Assembly: GCA_038249465.1 (NCBI GenBank)
Contig: JBBRWD010000020.1
Span: 10,191-74,190, forward strand
Source of the DNA: Limisphaerales bacterium
Lineage (GTDB): Bacteria > Verrucomicrobiota > Verrucomicrobiia > Limisphaerales > JBBRWD01
DNA: 64,000 nucleotides
Reading direction: 5' to 3'
Shown here: positions 1 through 7,790 of the stretch, in pieces
Layout of the letters: every line of letters begins with the position of its first letter
Position numbering within the stretch: the stretch's first letter is position 1
The notes under the pieces: model-generated
The model's input: only the letters and a program-made list of their open reading frames with translations
The model's database searches: none
What the model was told of the DNA's origin: nothing
Program-made: the position numbers and the translations under genes

Positions 1-1009
1 TGTAGCTCGGCACGGTGACGTGACCGCCCTCGCACTCGACCACGATGCCGATCTTCGCGCCCATGTAGCTGTCCATTTCCTTGGAACCCGTCTTCGATGG
101 CAGGCCGCGGACTTCGTAGATGAGCGGGGCATCGGGATAATCGTGGTAGATCACCATCGTGTTTGGAGTTTCCCCATCGTCGATGTAGCCGAGGCGTCCG
201 CCGACGGCGAAGACGCGCGGCGAGAGTTCGTTCACGCCGAGGAACCAGCGCGCCACGTCCATCTCGTGAATGCCCTGGTTGCCGAGATCGCCGTTGCCGG
301 TGTTCCAGACCCAGTGCCAGTCATAGTGCAATTTCTTGCGCACGATCGGCAGCTTCTCCGCCGGGCCGCACCAGAGGTCGAAATCAATGTTGGCCGGGAT
401 TTCCAGCGGCGCGGTGCTCTTGCCGATGCTGCCGCGCGGCTTGTAGCAGATACCGCGCGATGCCTTGACCTTGCCGAGATTGCCGGCCTTGACCCACTCG
501 ACCGCCGCCGCGATGCCCTCACGCGACGAGCGGCTTTGCGTGCCGGTCTGGACGATCTTGTTGTGCTTGCGGGCGAACTCGACCATGCGCCGGCCTTCGC
601 TGACGTTGTGCGAGACGGGTTTCTCGACATACACGTCCTTGCCCGCCTGAATGGCCCAGATGGTCGCGAGCGCATGCCAATGGTTCGGCGTGGCGATGGA
701 GACCGCATCCACGTTTTTGCTTTCGAGCAGTTTCCGGATGTCGGTGTAAGTCTCGACGCCCTCACCGACGCGCTGGGCGCCTTTGGCCAGCACTTCCTTG
801 TCGCAGTCACACAGCGCGGTGATGCGCGCGCCCTTGGCCTTGAGCAGCGAGCCGATGTGGCTTCCGCCCTGGCCATTGAAGCCGATGACGGCGACGCGGA
901 TGTCATTGTTCGCGCCCGCGACCTGCGCCCAAGAGCGTGGCGAGAGGCTGAGGGCGGCGCCGGTGAGCGCGGTGGACTTGAGGAAATTGCGGCGATTAAA
1001 GGTATTCAT
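1..1009 (-). CDS. Gfo/Idh/MocA family oxidoreductase with Tat-type signal; C-terminus cut by window edge
   Basis: Absent from the ORF track because there is no stop inside the window. Manual minus-strand translation from the ATG (complement of 1007..1009) gives MNTFNRRNFLKSTALTGAALSL (twin-Arg signal), the Rossmann start RVAVIGFNGQGGSH, and the family EKP motif VYVEKPVSHN. The 20..1036 + ORF is its antisense shadow. Confidence 0.85.
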   Translation of the reverse strand, partial: MNTFNRRNFLKSTALTGAALSLSPRSWAQVAGANNDIRVAVIGFNGQGGSHIGSLLKAKGARITALCDCDKEVLAKGAQRVGEGVETYTDIRKLLESKNVDAVSIATPNHWHALATIWAIQAGKDVYVEKPVSHNVSEGRRMVEFARKHNKIVQTGTQSRSSREGIAAAVEWVKAGNLGKVKASRGICYKPRGSIGKSTAPLEIPANIDFDLWCGPAEKLPIVRKKLHYDWHWVWNTGNGDLGNQGIHEMDVARWFLGVNELSPRVFAVGGRLGYIDDGETPNTMVIYHDYPDAPLIYEVRGLPSKTGSKEMDSYMGAKIGIVVECEGGHVTVPSY

Positions 1010-1087
1010 AGGTTTCGTGGTATTGCTGACGACTAGACGGCGGATTGTATTGAGCGGCTACGGAATTAAATTGCGACGAGGCGGTGG

Positions 1088-2065
1088 TTACTTTTGTCCG
1101 GCGACGTATTTCTCGAATCGCTCCGCGACGCCGGCCTGCTGTTCATCGCCCTCGTGGAGGTAGATGCGGTATTTGAAGGTGACGCTCTTGCCGGCGGGAA
1201 TGGTGAGGTCGCCCGCCCCGGCGGGCTTCTTTTCAAAGTCGTGCTGTCCGAATGGATTCGCCGCAAACAGGCCGTAATCGCGGACGTGCCACCACGTCGG
1301 ATACCGCGGGTTCGATGGATTGTCGAAGATCGCCACGCCGAGAATCTTGCCGCCAACCGGCCCCGAGTAGTCGCACCACTCGGCACGCTTGCCCCAGGTC
1401 TTGTCGCCCTTCACGCCGGTGCTCTGCACGATCTGCCCGACCGGCTTGCCGGCGTTCTGCTTGTTCGGCTTGAGGCGCATCGTTTCCGCCACACGGATGG
1501 CCATCGAGCCTTCCTTGGTGTCACCGAGGACCACTGCCTTGTCCGACGGCGCGGTGAGGGTGATCTCGAAGTCCATCACACGCTCGTTGTCCGGCGTGGC
1601 CAGCACGCGGAAAGTGAGTTCGTCGGTGCAGATCACATCGCCAGTCGGTGCAATCCACTGGTTGGCAGAGCGAATCACGCCCGCCTTTTCGCCGGATTTT
1701 ACTTCGAGGAATTTGTCGTGGACGATCTTCCCGGCCTTCGCTTCCTCCGACCAGAAATCGACGCCGTTGACCGCGCCATGCGAGAACCAGAGCGAGCGGT
1801 GATGCTTGTGATCCTGCTCCTCGCCGGGAACGCTCTTCATCGGAAAATCGCGCGTCATCGGCGCCCCGCCCGGTCCGAGCAGCGGATAGAAATACACATG
1901 CGGTGCGCCGGTGAAACGATATTCCGTGAATGGCTTGCCATTGATCTCAATGACGAGACGGTCGGATTGCTCGGTGATCTTGACGCCATCCGCTGCGCCG
2001 ACCGGGATGCCGGAGGTCAACGCCAGCAGGACGCCAGCGACGAAAAAAACAGGCTTGTGGAACAT
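1088..2065 (-). CDS. PmoA-family (DUF6807-like) protein, signal-anchored
   Basis: ORF 1088..2113 trimmed to an internal Met (MFHKPVFFVAGVLLAL, hydrophobic signal). Motifs I associate with the PmoA/DUF6807 family that partners Gfo/Idh/MocA genes: HHRSLWFSHGAVNGVDFW, WCDYSGP, FDNPSNPRYPTWWHVRDYGLFAANPFG. Confidence 0.7.
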   Translation of the reverse strand: MFHKPVFFVAGVLLALTSGIPVGAADGVKITEQSDRLVIEINGKPFTEYRFTGAPHVYFYPLLGPGGAPMTRDFPMKSVPGEEQDHKHHRSLWFSHGAVNGVDFWSEEAKAGKIVHDKFLEVKSGEKAGVIRSANQWIAPTGDVICTDELTFRVLATPDNERVMDFEITLTAPSDKAVVLGDTKEGSMAIRVAETMRLKPNKQNAGKPVGQIVQSTGVKGDKTWGKRAEWCDYSGPVGGKILGVAIFDNPSNPRYPTWWHVRDYGLFAANPFGQHDFEKKPAGAGDLTIPAGKSVTFKYRIYLHEGDEQQAGVAERFEKYVAGQK

Positions 2066-2129
2066 GGTCGCGAGCGTAACGGCGGCGGCAGGCGGATCAA
2101 TCCAAAACTCCAAAACTCCCGACGGCCGG

Positions 2130-2287
2130 GGCGCATCCGGGCACTGCCCCCGGCGCGCGGCCTTGAGGCCGCTTCAGCGTTCGATGGGTGTTGGCGAAAC
2201 ATGGCCGGACGGTCTCTCGAACGAGGAAGCGACGTAAACGTCGCGCTCCAACCCCGGTTGCCTTCGGGGGCTGTGTCGAGATGCGCC
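2130..2287. mobile_element. MITE-like element, family M2, copy A (158 bp)
   Basis: Imperfect 27-bp terminal inverted repeats: ggcgcatccgggcactgcccccggcgc and ccttcgggggctgtgtcgagatgcgcc, 20/27 complementary by hand. Internal palindrome gcgacgtaaacgtcgc. Homologous copies at 35313..35466 (inverted) and 55450..55603. Confidence 0.7.
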
Positions 2288-2376
2288 CCCGACGGCCCGG
2301 GGGAAACGGGGATATAGGCGACCCCGCGCAATCCGGGATGCGGCGGCTTCGGTGCCAGCCTCAAACTCTTTCGCGA

Positions 2377-2814
2377 TCATTTCCGCGGAATCGCGATGGT
2401 GACGACGTAGGGTCCACTGCCACCGGCGGTGTCGGCATAGAAAAGGTCGAAACCTTCCTCAGTCAGTTCCAGCGCGATGAGGTCGCGGCCGCGCCGCTGC
2501 ACGATTCGGGCGCGCGACAGATCCAGTTCGGGGGCGACCTCCAGCCAGCCGGGTGGCGGCGATTTCACGTCCGTCCACGGTTCGCCGTCGAAGAGAATGT
2601 CTGCCGGAGGATTGTAGTGACGGTTGTCAATTCTGACCGAGTTGGTCGTGAAGATGAAACGCCCGCTGCCATCGATGATCGCACTCAGGGTCAGCATTTT
2701 CACCGGCGTCTGCGACGGGGCCGCCGGCTCCTGATTCATCCGGCGCGCCACCAGCACCGCGAGGACCAGCGTGAAGACGGCAACCAACGCGGCGGGCAGC
2801 ATCCAGCGTTTCAT
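2377..2814 (-). CDS. hypothetical membrane-anchored protein
   Basis: 145-aa ORF with an N-terminal hydrophobic anchor (MKRWMLPAALVAVFTLVLAVLVA). It lies 12 nt downstream of the SDR gene on the same strand. Composition is unlike the Arg/Ala-rich antisense ORFs. No family recognised. Confidence 0.6.
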   Translation of the reverse strand: MKRWMLPAALVAVFTLVLAVLVARRMNQEPAAPSQTPVKMLTLSAIIDGSGRFIFTTNSVRIDNRHYNPPADILFDGEPWTDVKSPPPGWLEVAPELDLSRARIVQRRGRDLIALELTEEGFDLFYADTAGGSGPYVVTIAIPRK

Positions 2815-2826
2815 GACGCGCGGACT

Positions 2827-3537
2827 TCAGCGCGGACGGATGATGAGTTCCTCGACGATGGCGTGTGCCGGCAGACGGATGGCGAGCAGCGCGCACTCAG
2901 CGACATCCTCCGCGCGCAGCATGCGGGCGCGGGCGTCGGCAGTCGGCGGTTGCGGACGCTGTTCGAGCAGCGGCGTGTCGATGTCTCCCGGGAAAATGGC
3001 GCAGGCGCGTATGCCACGGCCGCGCTCTTCGGCGTTGATGGCCTGGGTCAATCCGGCGAGGCCGAATTTCGAAATCACATAGGCCGGGCCGGCCTTGGGG
3101 CTGGCCAGTTTGCCGGCATCGGACACGATGTTCACGATGGTGCCCGAGCCGCGTTGGCGCATTGCCGGCAGAAACGCCTGCACGCAGAAATAGGCGCCGT
3201 GGAGATTGGTGTCGATCATCCGGTGATAATCTTCGGGCGAGAGGACATCAAGAGCCCGGCGGGGCGCGTTGGTGCCGGCGGCGTTGACCAGCACCTCAAC
3301 CTCTCCAAACGCGGCCAGAACGCGCCCCGCCATCGCCTGGATTTCCTCGGCGCGACCGATGTCGCACGGCACGGCGAGGAACTGCGCGGCGTGCGCACCA
3401 GCGAGGGCAATAGTTTCGCGCAAAGCTTCTTCGCGGCGTCCGACAATCGCCACACGCCAATGATCCGCGGCGAGGGCCAGCGCGATGGCGCGGCCCACGC
3501 CGCTGCCGGCTCCGGTGATGACAGCGTTTTTTTGCAT
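2827..3537 (-). CDS. SDR family NAD(P)-dependent oxidoreductase
   Basis: ORF 2827..3561 trimmed to MQKNAVITGAGSGVGRA (TGxxxGxG cofactor motif). Also NAAG, and a catalytic Ser plus YxxxK (VSDAG ... YVISK). Confidence 0.9.
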   Translation of the reverse strand: MQKNAVITGAGSGVGRAIALALAADHWRVAIVGRREEALRETIALAGAHAAQFLAVPCDIGRAEEIQAMAGRVLAAFGEVEVLVNAAGTNAPRRALDVLSPEDYHRMIDTNLHGAYFCVQAFLPAMRQRGSGTIVNIVSDAGKLASPKAGPAYVISKFGLAGLTQAINAEERGRGIRACAIFPGDIDTPLLEQRPQPPTADARARMLRAEDVAECALLAIRLPAHAIVEELIIRPR

Positions 3538-3625
3538 GGTTTGGTGGGCGCAGTTTGTCACGAACGCGGGCAGCGAAGCGAGAGATCTTCGGCACGGACG
3601 GAGGAGACGCGATCAGTGGCTCCAA

Positions 3626-3677
3626 GTAGTGGCGCAAGCTTCCAGCTTGCAGCCGTGCCAGCAACCCTCTGGGTTGG
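3626..3677 (+). repeat. REP-like element, family R3 (GTAG head plus two stem-loops)
   Basis: Sequence gtagtggcgcaagcttccagcttgcagcc with stem gcaagc/gcttgc, followed by ccaaccctctgggttgg. Related copies form the cluster at 26578..26700. Confidence 0.6.
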
Positions 3678-3933
3678 TGGACGAATAGCCCCGGCTGAGG
3701 AGATCGCAGGATGAACTATCGAAACAGTTCCCTCACCGTCCGGCCAAGGATCTGCCAGTCCTCAGCGCGCGGCGCGGGCATTCTGCGCTCGACGGCGCGC
3801 TGGGGCCAGGCGCGCCCTACCTTCCGGATTTCTGTCAGCGCTGCGCCGCACTTTGGCCTTTGAGCTTGAATCCGCCTCACCTACGCTCGCGGCCACCGGC
3901 CGGCTTCCAAGCAGCGTGCCGCCGGACGTGACT

Positions 3934-5982
3934 ATGACCGCCTTTGCCCTGACGATTTTCACCGGAGCGTTCCTGCTGTTTCTCGTGCAGCCGCTCATCG
4001 GTAAATTTATTCTCCCCTGGTTCGGCGGCAGCCCGGCGGTGTGGACGACCTGCCTGTTGTTCTTCCAGGTTTCTCTCCTCGGCGGCTATGCCTACGCGCA
4101 CTTGAGCGCGCGCTGGCTCAAGCCGCGGCTCCAGGCCATCACCCATCTCGCTCTGCTGGCCGCGGCGCTGATTTTTTTGCCCATCATTCCCGAGGAGCAC
4201 TGGAAGCCCGGCCCCGACGCCGACCCGACGTGGCGCATTCTCGCGCTGCTCGCGGTGACGATTGGCCTGCCGTATCTCGTGCTGTCCGCGACCGGCCCGC
4301 TGATGCAGCAATGGTTCACGCTCGCCAAACCCGGCGTGTCACCCTACCGGCTCTACGCGCTCTCGAACGTCGGCTCACTGCTCGCGCTGGTCGCGTATCC
4401 GTTCGTGGTGGAACCATGGCTGGCGCGGAAAACGCAGGCGTTGTGGTGGTCGGTTGGTTTGGCAATTTACGCCGTGTTCACCGTGGTCTGCGCGCTGCGA
4501 CTTTTTCGGACGTCACATCGTTCAGCGACTTCGACTCTCTCCGAGGCGGCGGCTCCCGAAGTCACGAAGCCATCGGGCGCGCAACGTCTGCTCTGGCTCT
4601 GCCTGCCCGCGTCCGCGGTCGTGCTGCTCATGGCCATCACCAACAAGATGTGCCAGGACGTGGCGGTCATCCCGTTCCTGTGGGTGCTGCCGCTGGGGCT
4701 TTACCTGTTGAGCTTCATCCTCTGCTTCGACAGTCCGCAATGGTACTGGCGCCGGTTCTTCGGCATCGCTCTGGCGATCGCGGCGGCGCTGCTTTGCCTG
4801 GTGCTCTTCGAGAAGAAGATGCCGTTGCTGCCTCAAATCATCATCTACTGCGGCGCGCTCTTCGTCGCCTGCATGGTCTGCCACGGCGAACTCTACCGAG
4901 TGCGGCCCGACCCGCGTTACCTCACTGGCTTCTACCTGATGATCGCTCTGGGCGGCGCGGTGGGCGGAGTATTCGTGGCGCTGGTGGCGCCGCTGATCTT
5001 CAATGGCTACTTCGAATTGCACTGCGGCATCGTCGTGCTCGGATTGCTCCTCGCCTGGCTGCACGGGCGCGAGGACAATCAGTGGCGCATCGCCGGACGC
5101 CCGTTCCCGCTCTGGCGCGTCGTCCTCGCCGCCAGCCTCGTTCTGGCCATCCCGCTCTGGATGGAGGCCCGCACGAATCGCGGCCTCGTCATCGCCAAAT
5201 CCCGCAATTTCTACGGCGTGCTGAAAGTGTATGAGGATCAGGTGGACGATCCGTGGCTGCATTGTTACCTGCTGCAATGCGGCGAGATCACTCACGGCAT
5301 CCAACTCGCCCATCCCACGCGCAAAATGGCCCCGGTGAGTTACTACTCGGAACGCAGCGGCGTGGGCAAATTGATGAGCGTCCTGCCATCCGGACCGCGG
5401 CGCATCGGGGTCATCGGCCTCGGCACCGGCAGCATGGCCGTGTATGCGCGCCCCGGTGACACGATCCGCTTCTACGAGATCAATCCGGAGGTGCGCCGCT
5501 TCGCCGAGACGAATTTCACCTTCCTCAGCGGCACCACCGGAAAGGTGGAGGTGATCATGGGCGACGCGCGGCTCTCGATGGAACGCGAGGCGCCGCAGCA
5601 ATACGACGTGCTGGTGCTTGATGCCTTCAGCAGCGACGCCATCCCGGCGCATCTGCTCACCCGTGAGTCCTTCGAGATCTATCTGCGCCACCTCAAGACG
5701 AACGGCGTGATCGCCGCGCACATCTCGAACCGCCACCTCGACCTTCGTCCGGTGATGGAGAATCACGCGGCGCAATTCGGACTGGCCACCGTGTTCGTCA
5801 TCCAGGACACGGTCAACCAACCGTGGTACGTGCTGCCTTCGCAATGGTTTCTGCTCAGCCGTGACAAGGTGTTGATCGACCACCCGGATCTCCGTCTGGT
5901 GGCCGCGCCACCGCCCGAGAAGCCGCGAAGGATCCCGCCGTGGACCGATGACCACGCGAGCCTGCTGCGCGTGTTGAAATGA
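3934..5982 (+). CDS. fused polytopic membrane domain / spermidine synthase-like methyltransferase-fold protein
   Basis: ORF 3853..5982 trimmed to MTAFALTIFTGAFLLFLVQPLIGKF. It has many hydrophobic segments. The C-terminal spermidine-synthase-like core includes IGVIGLGTGSMA, YEINPEV, VLVLDAFSSDAIPAHLLT. Confidence 0.85.
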   Translation: MTAFALTIFTGAFLLFLVQPLIGKFILPWFGGSPAVWTTCLLFFQVSLLGGYAYAHLSARWLKPRLQAITHLALLAAALIFLPIIPEEHWKPGPDADPTWRILALLAVTIGLPYLVLSATGPLMQQWFTLAKPGVSPYRLYALSNVGSLLALVAYPFVVEPWLARKTQALWWSVGLAIYAVFTVVCALRLFRTSHRSATSTLSEAAAPEVTKPSGAQRLLWLCLPASAVVLLMAITNKMCQDVAVIPFLWVLPLGLYLLSFILCFDSPQWYWRRFFGIALAIAAALLCLVLFEKKMPLLPQIIIYCGALFVACMVCHGELYRVRPDPRYLTGFYLMIALGGAVGGVFVALVAPLIFNGYFELHCGIVVLGLLLAWLHGREDNQWRIAGRPFPLWRVVLAASLVLAIPLWMEARTNRGLVIAKSRNFYGVLKVYEDQVDDPWLHCYLLQCGEITHGIQLAHPTRKMAPVSYYSERSGVGKLMSVLPSGPRRIGVIGLGTGSMAVYARPGDTIRFYEINPEVRRFAETNFTFLSGTTGKVEVIMGDARLSMEREAPQQYDVLVLDAFSSDAIPAHLLTRESFEIYLRHLKTNGVIAAHISNRHLDLRPVMENHAAQFGLATVFVIQDTVNQPWYVLPSQWFLLSRDKVLIDHPDLRLVAAPPPEKPRRIPPWTDDHASLLRVLK

Positions 5983-6012
5983 CGCCGGGCCGATGGAACC
6001 GCAACCAAGCGT

Positions 6013-6063
6013 TTTGGAGTGCGCGGACTTGCCCGCGCTCTCGGCAGGCGACTCGTCGCCGTC
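6013..6063. repeat. fragment related to MITE family M1
   Basis: tttggagtgcgcggacttgcccgc matches the M1 terminal repeat tttggagtgcggtgacttgtcaccgc. tcggcaggcgactcgtcgccgtc is the reverse complement of the M1 internal segment gacggcgacaagtcgcctgccga. Confidence 0.55.
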
Positions 6064-6130
6064 GAGCGGGGAGCGGCATTTTTAGCGGTTTCAATAATTC
6101 TGTGGCGACGTTCTTGGGTTGGTCGGAGCG

Positions 6131-6290
6131 TTCTCCCTCACCCTGACCCACTCCCGCTGGGAGAGGGGACAACCATCGGCACGTTCAGGTTTTTCGGCAG
6201 CGCTTCCCGCCAACACAGCCGCTGGTTTCGCAGCAAGACGGCCAACGATTCTCCCTCTCCCAGCGGGAGAGGGCCGGGGTGAGGGAGAGC
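6131..6290. repeat. inverted pair of G/C-rich hairpin repeats, family R4
   Basis: 6134..6170 (tccctcaccctgacccactcccgctgggagaggggac) is about 80% the reverse complement of 6251..6289 (ctccctctcccagcgggagagggccggggtgagggagag). Each copy has its own short stem. A longer relative lies at 19141..19210. Confidence 0.7.
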
Positions 6291-6339
6291 CGCGTTTACT
6301 CACCAAGCGGCTAAGGAATAAACCTAAAACCCGCAGTTC

Positions 6340-6459
6340 AACCACGGATGGACACCGATGGACACGGATGCCAGGCACTTGCAGAAACCAGTGGATCAAC
6401 CGGAGGGTGAGGAGGACATGCCGCAGGAAATCCGTGTTTATCCGTGTGCATCCGTGGTT
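6340..6459. repeat. inverted arrays of a 10-bp unit (ATCCGTG core), family R5
   Basis: 6340..6369 aaccacggatggacaccgatggacacggat versus the reverse complement of 6430..6459, aaccacggatgcacacggataaacacggat: 26/30 by hand. Each arm is about three tandem 10-bp units. The spacer is 60 bp. Confidence 0.75.
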
Positions 6460-6512
6460 TGTGACTTCTTCGCCCGATTCCAATTGCTCCGTTTAGGATA
6501 AATTAAACCGCT

Positions 6513-7307
6513 CTAAAACTTCACCAATTCGCGGCGGCGCTGGGTGAAGCGGCAGGTTTCTGTGTAGCCAACGCTGCGGGCCAGCGCGATGGCTTCGGCG
6601 AAGTTCATCCCGACTTCCTCCACCGCGTGCGCGTCGGAGCCGAAGGTGATCGGGATGCCATGACGATGCATCGCGTGGACGATCGACGGCGCGGGATAAA
6701 TCTCGCGGCATTCCTTGCGCAAGCCAGCGGTGTTGATCTCGACGGCCACGCCGGATGACGCGGCGGATTTCAGGAATCGCTCGACCAACCCGGTGATGTC
6801 GCGCTGCGGGCGGAAGCCGAATTTCTTCGGCAGATCGGCGTGGCCGATGATGTCGAAGAGGCGCGACTCGGCGGCCATAGTCAGGCGCTCGAAATAGACC
6901 GACCACACCTCGAAGGCGTCGCGCGATTTCCATTCCGAGAGGCGGCTGGGATCGTCGATGGCCCAGGAGTCGGAGACGTAGTGGACGGAGCCGATGAAGT
7001 AATCCCACGGATGCCGCGCGGCGAGGTCGCGGATCCAGTCCTCGTGGCCCGGCAGGTAATCGACTTCGAGCGCGAGCTTGATGGAGAGGGCCGGGTGGGT
7101 GCGCTGTGCGAGGCGGACCTTCTCCACGTAGTCATCGAGCTGGTCGAGGCGCATGCGCCAGTTGTCGAAATCGTCGTGCGGCATCGGCGAGTGATCGGAG
7201 AAACCCATCTCGGTGAAGCCGAGTTGCACTGCGCGCGCGGCGAGTTCGACCGGTTCGCCGGTGGCATGACGGCAGAGCGGCGTGTGGGTGTGGTAATCGG
7301 GGGGCAT
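6513..7307 (-). CDS. hisJ: histidinol-phosphatase, PHP (HisJ/HisK) family
   Basis: ORF 6513..7331 trimmed to MPPDYHTHTPLCRHA (PHP-domain HxH start). Also GFSDHSPMP and GSDAHAVEEVG. Length about 264 aa, typical of HisJ-type HolPases. Confidence 0.75.
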   Translation of the reverse strand: MPPDYHTHTPLCRHATGEPVELAARAVQLGFTEMGFSDHSPMPHDDFDNWRMRLDQLDDYVEKVRLAQRTHPALSIKLALEVDYLPGHEDWIRDLAARHPWDYFIGSVHYVSDSWAIDDPSRLSEWKSRDAFEVWSVYFERLTMAAESRLFDIIGHADLPKKFGFRPQRDITGLVERFLKSAASSGVAVEINTAGLRKECREIYPAPSIVHAMHRHGIPITFGSDAHAVEEVGMNFAEAIALARSVGYTETCRFTQRRRELVKF

Positions 7308-7352
7308 GGTGATGGACCCAATGCTCAACACATTGCTAACGTTGCGGCCGAG

Positions 7353-7763
7353 TTAGAGTGCGACATGGAACGTGAGTCCCCTGTGGCAAGAAGGCAGGAA
7401 GAACCACCCGCCGGGCGGAACGGGGCGAAGTAAGATCTGTCGGTGGTCGATGTAGATTGAGACGACATCACCCTCTCCTGGGCGGAGGACCGCGCTGCCA
7501 GACTCGTCGGTAAGTTCCTCGCCCGTAATGCCCGACGTGCTCTCGGTGTCGAGTGCGACACCGGAGACCGGACGTCCGCCGCGGGTAACGTGGAAGATGA
7601 TGGTATGAGGCTCGCCGCCGGTGCTCCAAGTAATCCACGGCGGAAAGGTAGGAACGCCCGACCTGAGATAGAACCACCAGACGACAAGAATGAAGAAGAC
7701 GCCGCCAGTGATGACGATGCGCCTCCGCCACTTTTTTCGGGAGGTTGTCTGGTCTTCATTCAC
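7353..7763 (-). CDS. hypothetical membrane-anchored protein (possible carboxypeptidase-regulatory-like beta domain)
   Basis: 136-aa ORF with a basic N-terminus plus TM segment (RRRIVITGGVFFILVVWWFYL). It lies between lptD and hisJ on the same strand. The segment GRPVSGVALDTES..TDESGSAVL resembles CarboxypepD_reg-like strands (weak). Confidence 0.55.
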   Translation of the reverse strand: MNEDQTTSRKKWRRRIVITGGVFFILVVWWFYLRSGVPTFPPWITWSTGGEPHTIIFHVTRGGRPVSGVALDTESTSGITGEELTDESGSAVLRPGEGDVVSIYIDHRQILLRPVPPGGWFFLPSCHRGLTFHVAL

Positions 7764-7790
7764 GGGAAAAGAAAGAGCTCAACACTCAGC

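Noticed and set aside
2043-2049. A7/T7 homopolymer tracts in the first codons of two genes (2043..2049 in the PmoA-family gene, 3527..3533 right after the SDR start codon) as possible phase-variation switches.
   Set aside because: Seven nucleotides is short for slipped-strand switching. Both tracts encode sensible residues (VFF, QKN). There is no evidence of length variation from a single sequence.
6340-6459. Possible CRISPR array, considered here and at the 61537..61575 tandem repeat.
   Set aside because: The units are 10-13 bp with no unique spacers of CRISPR size. The arms are inverted rather than direct. No cas genes occur in the window.
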